A stretch of DNA of 63,906 nucleotides, the filler included, from Vicugna vicugna (taxonomy: Eukaryota): assembly GCA_013265495.1 (NCBI GenBank). It is 76 parts of 75 records of this genome, joined end to end, with 100 filler letters (N's around TTAATTAATTAA, not from the genome) between each part and the next. Parts side by side here need not be neighbours in the genome. Positions count along the whole stretch, not along the records: positions 24,643 to 25,463 come from MU057379.1; positions 25,564 to 26,295 come from MU057381.1; positions 26,396 to 27,540 come from MU057382.1; positions 27,641 to 28,396 come from MU057383.1; positions 28,497 to 30,039 come from MU057388.1; positions 30,140 to 31,003 come from MU057390.1; positions 31,104 to 32,250 come from MU057392.1; positions 32,351 to 32,858 come from PNXW01000122.1; 68 more parts are not named here. One strand, written 5' to 3'. Position numbers and translations under genes: made by a program. Below, in pieces: positions 24,643 through 37,350 of the stretch. Below the pieces are notes generated by a model. It was not told the origin of the DNA. It searched no databases and worked only from the letters and a program-made list of their open reading frames with translations. Every line of letters starts with the position of its first letter. Positions within the stretch are counted from its first letter, which is position 1.

Positions 24643-25463
24643 TTTCTCGGACTTCCCCGAACAGGGAACACCTGTGAATGAAGAGCGTTGCGTGGAGTTG
24701 TCTATCGAGCTCCCCAAAGCACTGACAATGGTTCCGGAATCCTGAGGGTTGGGAGGTTCCCCCAACGGTCGACAGCGCGTGAGTTCTAACGGAAAGCCTA
24801 AGCTCGTCTCCCCTGAGTGTTTTCCTAATGTCTCTGTGTCAGGGAATGCTAGGGGGTTTGCAGGATATCCCAGTGACCGAAGCTGCCTCCCCAAGTTCAG
24901 GGAAGATATTTCACGGACTTCCCCGAACAGGAANNNNNNNNNNNNNNNNNNNNNNNNNNNNNNNNNNNNNNNNNNNNNNNNNNNNNNNNNNNNNNNNNNN
25001 NNNNNNNNNNNNNNNNNNNNNNNNNNNNNNNNNNNNNNNNNNNNNNNNNNNNNNNNNNNNNNNNNNNNNNNNNNNNNNNNNNNNNNNNNNNNNNNNNNNN
25101 NNNNNNNNNNNNNNNNNNNNNNNNNNNNNNNNNNNNNNNNNNNNNNNNNNNNNNNNNNNNNNNNNNNNNNNNNNNNNNNNNNNNNNNNNNNNNNNNNNNN
25201 NNNNNNNNNNNNNNNNNNNNNNNNNNNNNNNNNNNNNNNNNNNNNACAATGGTTCTGGAATCCTGAGCTTGTGGAGGTTCCACCAACGGTCGGCAGCACG
25301 TGGGCTCTAACGGAAAGCCTAAGCTCGTCTCCCCTGAGGTTTTCCCTAATGTCTCTGTGCCAGGGTATGCAAGGGGTGTTTGCAGGATATGCCAGTGACA
25401 GAGGTTGCCTCCCCAAGATGATGGAAGGTATTTCTCGGACTTCCCCGAACAGGGAACACCTGT
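24643..25463. repeat. Satellite A
   Basis: tttctcggacttccccgaacagggaacacctgt monomers. Confidence 0.95.
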
Positions 25464-25563
25464 NNNNNNNNNNNNNNNNNNNNNNNNNNNNNNNNNNNNN
25501 NNNNNNNTTAATTAATTAANNNNNNNNNNNNNNNNNNNNNNNNNNNNNNNNNNNNNNNNNNNN

Positions 25564-26295
25564 TGCGTGGAGTTGTCTCTCGAGCTCCACCACTCAATGA
25601 CAATTGTTACGGAATCCTGCGGGTGGGGAGGTTCCAACAACGGTCACAGCGCTTGGGTTCTAAGGGAATGCCTGGGCTCGTCTCCCCTCAGGGTTTTTCT
25701 CATGTCTCTGTGCCAGGGACTGGTATGGGGTTTGCAGGGAATCCCAGGGACAAAGCTGACTCCCCAATTTCAGGGAAGGTATTTCTCGGACTTCCCCGAG
25801 CAGGGAACACCTGTGACTGAAGAGAGCTGCGTGGAGTTGTCTCTCGTGCTCCTCCACTCAATGACAATGGTTCCGGAATCCTGAGCGTGGGGAGGTTCCA
25901 CCAACGGTCGGCAGCNNNNNNNNNNNNNNNNNNNNNNNNNNNNNNNNNNNNNNNNNNNNNNNNNNNNNNNNNNNNNNNNNNNNNNNNNNNNNNNNNNNNN
26001 NNNNNNNNNNNNNNNNNNNNNNNNNNNNNNNNNNNNNNNNNNNNNNNNNNNNNNNNNNNNNNNNNNNNNNNNNNNNNNNNNNNNNNNNNNNNNNNNNNNN
26101 NNNNNNNNNNNNNNNNNNNNNNNNNNNNNNNNNNNNNNNNNNNNNNNNNNNNNNNNNNNNNNNNNNNNNNNNNNNNNNNNNNNNNNNNNNNNNNNNNNNN
26201 NNNNNNNNNNNNNCTGAGGGTTTATGTTTCTCTGCCTGGAAATGCTAGGGGTGGTTGCAGAAATTCCCAGTGACAGAGGCTGCCTCCCCAAGGTC
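25564..26295. repeat. Satellite A (variant monomers)
   Basis: Same consensus; variant cactcaatgacaat shared by neighbouring monomers. Confidence 0.95.
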
Positions 26296-26395
26296 NNNNN
26301 NNNNNNNNNNNNNNNNNNNNNNNNNNNNNNNNNNNNNNNTTAATTAATTAANNNNNNNNNNNNNNNNNNNNNNNNNNNNNNNNNNNNNNNNNNNN

Positions 26396-27540
26396 GTGTT
26401 CCCTGTTCTGGGAAGTCCGAGAAATAGCTTCCCTGACCTTCAGGGGAACCCTCTGACACTGGGATATCCTGCAAACACCCCTAGCATTCCCTGGCACAGA
26501 GAAGTTAGGAAAACCCTCAGGGGAGACGAGCTTATGCATTCCGTTAGAACCCACGCGCTGCCGACCGTTGGTGGAACCTCCCCACGCTCAGGATTCCGGA
26601 AACATTGTCAGGGCGTGGGGGAGCTCGAGAGACAACTCCACGCAGCTCTCTTCAGTCACTGGTGTTCCCTGTCCGGGGAAGTCCGAGAAATAACTTCCCT
26701 GACCAAGGGGAGGCAGCATCTGACACTGGGATATCCTGCAATCAATCCTAGCATTCCCCGGCAGAGAGAAATTAGGAAAACCCTCAGGGGAGACGAGCTT
26801 ATGCATTCCGTTAGAACCCACGCGCTGCCGACCGTTGGTGGAACCTCCCCACGCTCAGGATTCCGGAAACATTGTCAGGGCGTGGGGGAGCTCGAGAGAC
26901 AACTCCACGCAGCTCTCTTCAGTCACAGGTGTTCCCTGTTTGGGGAAGTCCGAGGAATACCTTCCCTGACCTTGGGGAGGCAGCCTCTGTCACTGCGATA
27001 TCCTGCAAACCCCCCTAGCATTCCCTGGCACAGGGACATTTGGAAAACCCTCAGGGGAGCGAGCTTAGCCTTTCCGTTAGAACCCACGCGCTTCCGACCG
27101 TTGGGGAACCTCCCCACGCTCAGGATTCTGGAAACATTGTCAGTGCGTGGGAAGCTCGAGAGACAACTCCACGCATCTCTCTTCAGTCACAGGTGTTTCC
27201 TGTTCGGGGAAGTCCGAGAAATACATTCAATGAACTTGGGGAGGCAGCCTCTGACACTGGGATANNNNNNNNNNNNNNNNNNNNNNNNNNNNNNNNNNNN
27301 NNNNNNNNNNNNNNNNNNNNNNNNNNNNNNNNNNNNNNNNNNNNNNNNNNNNNNNNNNNNNNNNNNNNNNNNNNNNNNNNNNNNNNNNNNNNNNNNNNNN
27401 NNNNNNNNNNNNNNNNNNNNNNNNNNNNNNNNNNNNNNNNNNNNNNNNNNNNNNNNNNNNNNNNNNNNNNNNNNNNNNNNNNNNNNNAGGCGAGGCAGCC
27501 TCTGTCACTTGGATATCCTGCAAACCCCCTACCATTCCCT
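26396..27540. repeat. Satellite A (more than 3 contiguous monomers)
   Basis: ggaaaaccctcaggggag recurs with a 267-bp period. Confidence 0.97.
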
Positions 27541-27640
27541 NNNNNNNNNNNNNNNNNNNNNNNNNNNNNNNNNNNNNNNNNNNNTTAATTAATTAANNNN
27601 NNNNNNNNNNNNNNNNNNNNNNNNNNNNNNNNNNNNNNNN

Positions 27641-28396
27641 TCTGAGAGAAAAGTGTGTGCGAAAGCCGTCCTTCACCTAGCTTGACGGGAGCACAAAGAT
27701 TCTTTTCAGTGGCAAACTCCACTCCTTACATATATATGGGGAGGTACAATCTCCAACTCGATTTTTAGTGAAAACGGGAGGCACTTCAAACCGGCACTAG
27801 GAAACAGACTGAGAAACCAGAGTAAGGGTTTCTCCTGNNNNNNNNNNNNNNNNNNNNNNNNNNNNNNNNNNNNNNNNNNNNNNNNNNNNNNNNNNNNNNN
27901 NNNNNNNNNNNNNNNNNNNNNNNNNNNNNNNNNNNNNNNNNNNNNNNNNNNNNNNNNNNNNNNNNNNNNNNNNNNNNNNNNNNNNNNNNNNNNNNNNNNN
28001 NNNNNNNNNNNNNNNNNNNNNNNNNNNNNNNNNNNNNNNNNNNNNNNNNNNNNNNNNNNNNNNNNNNNNNNNNNNNNNNNNNNNNNNNNNNNNNNNNNNN
28101 NNNNNNNNNNNNNNNNNNNNNNNNNNNNNNNNNNNNNNNNNNNNNNNNNNNNNNNNNNNNNNNNNNNNNNNNNNNNNNNNNNNNNNNNNNNNNNNNNNNN
28201 NNNNNNNNNNNNNNNNNNNNNNNNNNNNNNNNNNNNNNNNNNNNNNNNNNNCTCCAACTCGGTTTTACAGTGAAAACGGCAGGCACTTCAAACCGGCACT
28301 AGGAAACAGACTGAGAAACCAGAGTAAGGGTTTCTCCTGCAACCCGTTCCATTTGTGCTGGTTGAACGAACGACTCTCCACATGCTCAGTTCTGAG
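27641..28396. repeat. Satellite C (gapped)
   Basis: aaaccggcactaggaaacagactgagaaaccagagtaagggtttctcctg occurs twice. Confidence 0.93.
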
Positions 28397-28496
28397 NNNN
28401 NNNNNNNNNNNNNNNNNNNNNNNNNNNNNNNNNNNNNNNNTTAATTAATTAANNNNNNNNNNNNNNNNNNNNNNNNNNNNNNNNNNNNNNNNNNNN

Positions 28497-30039
28497 CTGA
28501 ACTTGGGGAGGCAGCCTCGGACACTGGGATATCCTGAAATCTACCTTAGCTTTCCCTGGCACAGAGAAATTAGGAAACCCCTCAGGGGAGACGAGTTTAG
28601 GCATTCCGTTCGTACCCACGTGCTGCCGACCGTTGGTGGAACCTCCCCACTCTCAGGATTCCGGAACATTTCTCAGTGCGTCGGGGAGCTCGAGAGAAAA
28701 CTCCACGCAGCTCTCTTCAGTCACAGGTGTTCCCTGTTCGGGGAAGCCCGAGAAATAACTTCCCTGAATTTGAGAAGGCAGCCTCGGTCACTGGGATATC
28801 CTGCAATCACCCCTAGCATTCCCTGGCACCGAGACATTAGGAAAACCCTCAGGGGAGACGAGCTTATGCATTCCGTTCGAACCCACACGCCTGCCGACCG
28901 TTGGTGGAACCTCCCCACGCTCAGGATTCCGGAAACATTGTCAGTGCGTGGGGGAGCTCGAGAGACAACTCCACGCAGCTCTCTTCANNNNNNNNNNNNN
29001 NNNNNNNNNNNNNNNNNNNNNNNNNNNNNNNNNNNNNNNNNNNNNNNNNNNNNNNNNNNNNNNNNNNNNNNNNNNNNNNNNNNNNNNNNNNNNNNNNNNN
29101 NNNNNNNNNNNNNNNNNNNNNNNNNNNNNNNNNNNNNNNACCCACGCGCTGCCGACCGTTGGTGGAACCTCCCCACGCTCAGGATTCCGGAACCATTGTC
29201 AGTGCGTGGGGGAGCTCGAGAGACAACTCCACTCAGCTCTGTTCAGTCACAGGTGTTCCCTGTCCTGGAAAGCCCGAGAAGTACCTTCCCTTACTTGCTG
29301 AGGTAGTCTCGGTCACAGGAAAATCCTGCAATCACCCTAGCATTCCCTGGCACAGAGACATTAGGAAAACCCTCAGGGGAGACGAGCTTNNNNNNNNNNN
29401 NNNNNNNNNNNNNNNNNNNNNNNNNNNNNNNNNNNNNNNNNNNNNNNNNNNNNNNNNNNNNNNNNNNNNNNNNNNNNNNNNNNNNNNNNNNNNNNNNNNN
29501 NNNNNNNNNNNNNNNNNNNNNNNNNNNNNNNNNNNNNNNNNNNNNNNNNNNNNNNNNNNNNNNNNNNNNNNNNNNNNNNNNNNNNNNNNNNNNNNNNNNN
29601 NNNNNNNNNNNNNNNNNNNNNNNNNNNNNNNNNNNNNNNNNNNNNNNNNNNNNNNNNNNNNNNNNNNNNNNNNNNNNNNNNNNNNNNNNNNNNNNNNNNN
29701 NNNNNNNNNNNNNNNNNNNNNNNNNNNNNNNNNNNNNNNNNNNNNNNNNNNNNNNNNNNNNNNNNNNNNNNNNNNNNNNNNNNNNNNNCCGAGAAATACC
29801 TTCCCTGACCTTGGGGAGGCAGCCTCGGTCAGTGGGATATCCTGCAATCACCCCTAGCATTCCCTGGCACAGAGATATTCGGAAAACCCTCCGGGTAGAT
29901 GTGCATAGGCATTCCGTTAGAACCCATGCGCTACCGACCGTTGGTGGAACCTCCCCACGCTCAGGATTCCGGAACCATTGTCACTGCGTTGAGAATCCCG
30001 AGAGACAACTCCACGAAGCTCTCTTCAGTCACAGGTGTT
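28497..30039. repeat. Satellite A (gapped array)
   Basis: Multiple 267-bp monomers. Confidence 0.96.
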
Positions 30040-30139
30040 NNNNNNNNNNNNNNNNNNNNNNNNNNNNNNNNNNNNNNNNNNNNTTAATTAATTAANNNNN
30101 NNNNNNNNNNNNNNNNNNNNNNNNNNNNNNNNNNNNNNN

Positions 30140-31003
30140 TGTTCCCAGGTTGGGGATATACTTTAACCACCTCCACTGCCATATCATAGGAACTAGCTAA
30201 TACTTGGTTTAGAGCACAACCCCCAATTTCGCTCACAAACCGGCCAAGGAAAATACTCAGGAATATCAACCTAATGGATCCAATTAGATCCCAGGTGCTA
30301 CTGTCATTTGCAGGAGCCTCCACACACTCAGGATACAAGGACACCACCTAGTGTGTGTGAGAAACAGTGTCCTTGCATCTTTCATGGGGCACAGGTATTC
30401 CCAAATATTTGGTTGTAGGTTAAACCACTTCAAATCCCGTGGAGAGGCACTCAATAATACTTGGTTTTAGAGCCCAACCCTCACATTCCCCAGCACTCCT
30501 GCCTAGGCTAGCCATCAGTGAAGACAAGTTAATGGATTGTATTAGAACCCAGACCCTGCTGTAAGTTGTAGGTGCCTCCCCACACTCAGGAATCCTCAAC
30601 ACGTTTTCGTGTGTGTGCTGGAGGTGGGGAAACAGAGTCCACGCATTTTGGGGGGGGCACAGGTGTTCCAAGTTTGGGGATGTATTTTAAATACCTCCAA
30701 TGCCCATAGAGAGGCACTCGCTATTACTAGACTTTAGTGCCCAACACCCACCTTNNNNNNNNNNNNNNNNNNNNNNNNNNNNNNNNNNNNNNNNNNNNNN
30801 NNNNNNNNNNNNNNNNNNNNNNNNNNNNNNNNNNNNNNNNNNNNCACTCAGTATAGCAGAACTGTTCTTCGTGGGTGTGCTGGAGGTGGGGAAAGGGAGA
30901 CCACGCATTTATATGGGGGGCAGGTGTTAAAAGGTTAGTTATGTAATTTTAAAATCTGCATGCCAATAGAGAGGCACTCGCTAAAACCTAGCTATAGAGA
31001 CCA
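30140..31003. repeat. Satellite B
   Basis: gagaggcactcgcta, gtgtgctggaggtgggga and cacactcagga motifs with a ~260-bp period. Confidence 0.9.
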
Positions 31004-31103
31004 NNNNNNNNNNNNNNNNNNNNNNNNNNNNNNNNNNNNNNNNNNNNTTAATTAATTAANNNNNNNNNNNNNNNNNNNNNNNNNNNNNNNNNNNNNNNNN
31101 NNN

Positions 31104-32250
31104 TTTTTTAATTGTTTATTAAGTATTCTCTATTCTATAATCTAAATTCTTAATTCTGTTTTCCATGTTCCAAAATCTGGCTTCAATATTCCCTAAGCTA
31201 TATTTTTTATTCTGTTTTCTACATTCTATATTCTAAATTATATTTTCAGTATTATGTAATCTATATTCTAATATCTGTGTTCTGCATAGCATGTTCTTTA
31301 TTCTGGATTCAATATTCTGTATTCTACATTCTATATTTTGTGTTCTACATTCTATATTCTAAACTCTATATTCAGTATTCTTTATTGTATATTCTAAATT
31401 CTGTGTTCTACATTCTTTATTCTAAATTCTATATTCAGCATTCTGTATTCTNNNNNNNNNNNNNNNNNNNNNNNNNNNNNNNNNNNNNNNNNNNNNNNNN
31501 NNNNNNNNNNNNNNNNNNNNNNNNNNNNNNNNNNNNNNNNNNNNNNNNNNNNNNNNNNNNNNNNNNNNNNNNNNNNNNNNNNNNNNNNNNNNNNNNNNNN
31601 NNNNNNNNNNNNNNNNNNNNNNNNNNNNNNNNNNNNNNNNNNNNNNNNNNNNNNNNNNNNNNNNNNNNNNNNNNNNNNNNNNNNNNNNNNNNNNNNNNNN
31701 NNNNNNNNNNNNNNNNNNNNNNNNNNNNNNNNNNNNNNNNNNNNNNNNNNNNNNNNNNNNNNNNNNNNNNNNNNNNNNNNNNNNNNNNNNNNNNNNNNNN
31801 NNNNNNNNNNNNNNNNNNNNNNNNNNNNNNNNNNNNNNNNNNNNNNNNNNNNNNNNNNNNNNNNNNNNNNNNNNNNNNNNNNNNNNNNNNNNNNNNNNNN
31901 NNNNNNNNNNNNNNNNNNNNNNNNNNNNNNNNNNNNNNNNNNNNNNNNNNNNNNNNNNNNNNNNNNNNNNNNNNNNNNNNNNNNNNNNNNNNNNNNNNNN
32001 NNNNNNNNNNNNNNNNNNNNNNNNNNNNNNNNNNNNNNNNNNNNNNNNNNNNNNNNNNNNNNNNNNNNNNNNNNNNNNNNNNNNNNNNNNNNNNNNNNNN
32101 NNNNNNNNNNNNNNNNNNNNNNNNNNNNNNNNNNNNNNNNNNNNNNNNNNNNNNNNNNNNNNNNNNNNNNNNNNNTGCATTCCATGTTCTAAATTCTGGG
32201 TTATTTAATCTATAATCTATATTCTATATTCTGTGTCCTACATTCTATAT
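31104..32250 (-). repeat. Satellite E (ATATTCT)n
   Basis: Heptamer array, reverse orientation. Confidence 0.93.
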
Positions 32251-32350
32251 NNNNNNNNNNNNNNNNNNNNNNNNNNNNNNNNNNNNNNNNNNNNTTAATT
32301 AATTAANNNNNNNNNNNNNNNNNNNNNNNNNNNNNNNNNNNNNNNNNNNN

Positions 32351-32858
32351 TAGGCATTCCGTTACAACCCACGCGCTGCCTATCGTTGGTGGAACATCCC
32401 CAAGTTCAGGATTCGGGAACCATTGTCAGTTCGTGGGGGAGCTCGAGAGACAACTTCACGAAGCTTTCTTCAGTCACAGGTGTTCCCTGTTCGGGGAAGT
32501 CCGAGAAATACCTTCCCTGAACTTGGGGAGGCAGCCTCTATTACTGGGATATCCTGCAAACCCCCCTAGCATTCCCTGGCACAGAGAAATTAGGAAAACA
32601 CTCAGGGGATGCGAGCTTAGGCATTCCGTTAGAACCCATGCACTAACGACCGTTGGTGGAACCTCCCCACGCTCAGGATTCCGGAACCATTGTCAGTGCG
32701 TGGGGGAGCTACCACGCAGCTCTCTTCAGTCACAGGTGTTAACTTTTCGGGGAAGTTCGATATAAAACTTCCCTGACCTTCGGAGGCAGCCTCTGTCACT
32801 GGGATATCCTGTAAAAACCACTAGCATTCCCTGGCACAGAGACATTAGGAAAACCCTC
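32351..32858. repeat. Satellite A
   Basis: Two monomers; the second has a short deletion near 32710. Confidence 0.95.
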
Positions 32859-33169
32859 NNNNNNNNNNNNNNNNNNNNNNNNNNNNNNNNNNNNNNNNNN
32901 NNTTAATTAATTAANNNNNNNNNNNNNNNNNNNNNNNNNNNNNNNNNNNNNNNNNNNNTCAGTCATCCAGTTGTTACCAGCCAGGAGGAGGGTCCCATTT
33001 TGGAGGTTGAAATGTTCCTCATTTGAATTTTACTTTTATCCTGAAAAATTCAATGGAGTTAACCAAATTNNNNNNNNNNNNNNNNNNNNNNNNNNNNNNN
33101 NNNNNNNNNNNNNTTAATTAATTAANNNNNNNNNNNNNNNNNNNNNNNNNNNNNNNNNNNNNNNNNNNN

Positions 33170-33674
33170 CCTTTGGCCAGCACCTAGCTATATAAGGCCA
33201 GTATCCTGTCCTTTCTTTCTCTGAGTCCACCCAGAGGGCACCACTGTGAGTGGCTGAGAGGCCGGGCTGCAGGCATGTCCTCGCTGGGGGTTGGCAGCAG
33301 CTGCTGATGACTTGGATTCAGCATTCTTTGTTTACTGACATGGTTGCAGTATTTTCATTCACATTGTAGTATCTTCATTCACAGTGCACCCCCTTGGTCC
33401 TAAATTCGACCAATATTTTGAGAGACATTTCATGACCAATTTTGTCCCACGGTNNNNNNNNNNNNNNNNNNNNNNNNNNNNNNNNNNNNNNNNTCTGAGT
33501 TGCAAGGTGTTAGTTTTTTTATCAGGCCCTGTTGATACTAAAAGTTCTCTGGATCACCTGTCTTACTGGTCTATTATGATCCAGGAAGTGTTTACACTTC
33601 ATTGCTCATTCCCATACGTAGAATCACAGTATTATGTTTATTTTATTCAGGGTTATAAATTTTATCTGTTTCTT
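33170..33674 (-). mobile_element. ERV1-class provirus remnant: internal 3' region, polypurine tract and start of the 3' LTR
   Basis: The minus strand reads aagggggtgcac followed by TGTGAATGAAGATAC... at 33383, then gtcagtaaacaaagaatgctg. This is a PPT next to a TG LTR start. Confidence 0.7.
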
Positions 33675-33774
33675 NNNNNNNNNNNNNNNNNNNNNNNNNN
33701 NNNNNNNNNNNNNNNNNNTTAATTAATTAANNNNNNNNNNNNNNNNNNNNNNNNNNNNNNNNNNNNNNNNNNNN

Positions 33775-34419
33775 TAGTTTTACCTTATATAGGACGGCTC
33801 ATGTAACTATATTGGTATCGTTTAATTTGTTCAGTTAATATTTTCAGAGGGACAGATATGTGCCCAGCCTTATAATATCAAGAAGGGGAAGCGTTTTTCC
33901 ACTGAAATTTATCTATCCCACAACATAAGCAAAAGGTTTATTTAAAGACCATTTAAATATACCAATTTCACAAACTTTTATCTCAATTTTATTAAATCTT
34001 ATAACTTTAATTTTTATATTTATTAGGTTTAATCAATAATTCTTATTTCTAGACGGAGCCAGAAGCCTTTTTTTTTTTTTTTTATTTTTTTTTTTTATTG
34101 TGCATTGTATCCAATTTTATAGAAAATTCTCTAGGATGCCCAAGTTTCACCAAAGAGCTTAGGCCCTTCTCAGTTTTTAATTTGATTAATTGGTCTGTTG
34201 TCCCAATCATTGATCAAGTATGTCAGTCTATATATACATATATTTTAAGCTGTGGTAAAAAAAACAGACTTATTTGAACTTTAATGTTGGGGGGAAGTAG
34301 GTGATCTCTTAGGCCTTTTTTTTTTTAACTTTACATAGTGTAGTATCAAAACCTTGTATCTAAATCCACAACTATCCATTTTATTTATCTCATTCAAAAT
34401 AACCATATAAAAATATTTA
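33775..34419. mobile_element. Probable AT-rich ERV internal (non-coding) fragment
   Basis: Composition and style resemble MER4-group/ERV1 internal sequence; no diagnostic motif. Confidence 0.3.
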
Positions 34420-34519
34420 NNNNNNNNNNNNNNNNNNNNNNNNNNNNNNNNNNNNNNNNNNNNTTAATTAATTAANNNNNNNNNNNNNNNNNNNNNNNNN
34501 NNNNNNNNNNNNNNNNNNN

Positions 34520-35018
34520 TTCTGGGATCAAAGTGTGATTCTTGAATCTGGTGATAGGAAGAAATTATGAAGTCTAAGTAAATATTCCAGAGTGCATAGG
34601 TAACTTGTTTGGTGGTTGAAACATCAGTCATGCGCATGTTCACAACTCAGAAATGCATGTTTGAGGAATCCGTGATGCATGAAACATGCTCGTAATACGG
34701 AATTCCANNNNNNNNNNNNNNNNNNNNNNNNNNNNNNNNNNNNNNNNNNNNNNNNNNNNNNNNNNNNNNNNNNNNNNNNNNNNNNNNNNNNNNNNNNNNN
34801 NNNNNNNNNNNNNNNNNNNNNNNNNNNNNNNNNAGTAAATATTTCTAAGTGTATATATGCCTTGTTTCGTGGATGAAAGATCAGTAATCCACATGCTCAC
34901 AACTCAGAAACACATGTATCCCGAATCCATCATGCATGTAGCAAGTACGGAACCCAAAATGCCATGTAGATGAAATTCATTTAAATTACATATCTGTTAG
35001 GAGGAAATCGCTCCTGAA
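34520..35018. repeat. Satellite D
   Basis: gggatcaaagtgtgattcttgaa...catcagtcatgcgcatgttcacaactcagaaatgcatgtttgaggaatccgtgatgcatg. Confidence 0.93.
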
Positions 35019-35118
35019 NNNNNNNNNNNNNNNNNNNNNNNNNNNNNNNNNNNNNNNNNNNNTTAATTAATTAANNNNNNNNNNNNNNNNNNNNNNNNNN
35101 NNNNNNNNNNNNNNNNNN

Positions 35119-35975
35119 GGTTGGAGGAGTCTACCCACATTCAGGATACCAGAAGAATTCTTTGTGATTTTGCTGGAAGTGGGGAACAGCGTCCACGCAT
35201 CTTTCAGGGGTCACAGGTATTCCCAGGTCGGGAGTTGTAGGGTAAACACTTCCAAATACCATGGAGAGACTCTCGTTATTTCTTGGTTTTAGAGCCCATA
35301 CCACACTTTCCCCCGCATTGCGGCGTAGGCAAACTATCATGTAAGACAAGCTATGGAATTCTATTACAGCCCAGGCGCTGCTGTTCGTTGCAGGGTCCTC
35401 CGTACACTGAGGATTCCGGAAACTAGAATTCAGTGTGGGGGAGTTGTGGAGCCCCAATCCACGCAGATGAATGGGGTAAGAGNNNNNNNNNNNNNNNNNN
35501 NNNAGAAGTCCTCTAAATAGTTCCTCAGTCCATCGGGGGGCACTCGCATCTACTTGACTCCCTAAACCCAACCCCCAGCTTTCCCACGCAGCCCGGGTTA
35601 GGGAATCACTCAGGGAATACAAGCTAAGGGATTTTATTAGGACCTAGGGGCTGCTGTCAGTTGGAGGAACCTCCCCTCACTCAGGATACCTGAACACGTC
35701 TTCGTGTGTGTGCTGGAGGTGGAGAAACAGAGTCCACGCATAATTTTGGGTCACAGGTGTTTCCAGGTTTGGGATGTTGTTTAAACACCACATTGCCCAT
35801 AGAGAGGCACTCGCTAATACTTTGATTAAGACCGCAACCCCCACCTTCGCTCACAGCTCGGCATGGAAAACACTCAAGGAAGTCAAGCAAAGGGATTCTA
35901 CTAGATCCCAGGTGCTGCTGTCAATTGGATGAGCCTCCCCTCAATCAGGATACATTAAAAAGTCTGTGTGTTGTA
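35119..35975. repeat. Satellite B (three distinct monomer subtypes in series)
   Basis: tcagga(t) anchors at about 35141, 35408, 35681 and 35945. Confidence 0.92.
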
Positions 35976-36075
35976 NNNNNNNNNNNNNNNNNNNNNNNNN
36001 NNNNNNNNNNNNNNNNNNNTTAATTAATTAANNNNNNNNNNNNNNNNNNNNNNNNNNNNNNNNNNNNNNNNNNNN

Positions 36076-36629
36076 ATGCACCTCGTGAAGTGTAGGTCCT
36101 TGGTTTGCACAGGAACGAATTCAAGAGAGAGCCAGAGTTCAGTAAATGTAGATTTATTCAGAGAGATATATATACTCCACAGACAGAGTGGGCTATTTCA
36201 GAAGGCAAGAGAAAGTCCATGAGGCTTAGGGTTTGGGTGCTCCAGTTTAAAGTAAAAGTAGATACACACTTCACAGACATAGTGTCGGCTGTCTCCCTTA
36301 GCAGAGAGAGCAGCCATGAGGTATGGGGTTGTTAGTTTTAATGCACTCGGTATCTTCATATGCTTATAAGTGGGAGGAATATTCCAACTGCTGTGGGGAA
36401 GGTATTGGGATTCCCAGAAATTGGGCCAACATTCACCCTTTGACCTTTTATGGTCAGTCTTGAACCTAAACCTGTCCTCTGTGGGAGTGCCATTTAGCAT
36501 CCTGCTGTATTTCGGAGAGTGTGTATTGAAGCCCAAGATTTACTGGGAGTTGACTTTTCCACCATGTTGGTGCTAGTGGCTGTGCCATTCTTTTAATGGC
36601 TGTGCCCGGTCCCCTTCCCTCCTGTCTCA
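36076..36629 (-). mobile_element. ERV1-class LTR (antisense, 3' end cut by the scaffold edge)
   Basis: The minus strand starts TGAGACAGGAGGGAAGGGG at 36629; AATAAA appears as tttatt at 36153-36158; same start as 62467. Confidence 0.75.
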
Positions 36630-37350
36630 TGAAGGAGCTCTGGACTGATTGTACANNNNNNNNNNNNNNNNNNNNNNNNNNNNNNNNNNNNNNNNNNNNT
36701 TAATTAATTAANNNNNNNNNNNNNNNNNNNNNNNNNNNNNNNNNNNNNNNNNNNNGAGGCTTCTAAAGGTTCTCAACTCTGCATTCTGCTCTATGTCATT
36801 CTGGAGAGTTTCCAAAACAGCAAACTGAGAGCTCGCTTGTGCTTTGTAGTTCCACGGGCATGTCCCAATGAAAGCAGTTCTTCCCAGAGCTTCTCTGTCT
36901 ACTGAAACACCAGTGGAAGCACATCCATTGATTTCACATATCAGGGACTGCAGGAATGATCCTGCAGACCTACCTAGGTGTCCTCGGTGCCGTACCGTGC
37001 CGGTGCCATCCAAAATGTAGCATCCGCTTTTGGGAGATTGTGCTGAAGGAAATGCTTACTCTTCTCACGCTGTGGACTTGGACCACTCTTCCTTGTCCTC
37101 TCATCCTAGTGGCACGGGTGCACGAAGGCACCCACAGAGCTTTTGCGCATCCTGTTCCTCAAACCAAACCATAATCCCAGCCCAGGTTATGAATGTAGCA
37201 GACTTTGATTTCAAACCCAAGGCCCCCTGGATACCTCAGACCAGATGCACNNNNNNNNNNNNNNNNNNNNNNNNNNNNNNNNNNNNNNNNNNNNTTAATT
37301 AATTAANNNNNNNNNNNNNNNNNNNNNNNNNNNNNNNNNNNNNNNNNNNN

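Noticed and set aside
26396..27592. 398-aa ORF as a novel repeat protein gene
   Set aside because: It is translated 267-bp satellite, starts at a scaffold edge on GTG, changes register through indels and ends in the linker.
31277..31451. Hydrophobic Tyr/Ile/Leu-rich ORFs (also 42018-42251 and 62668-62892) as membrane proteins
   Set aside because: They are translations of the heptamer satellite.
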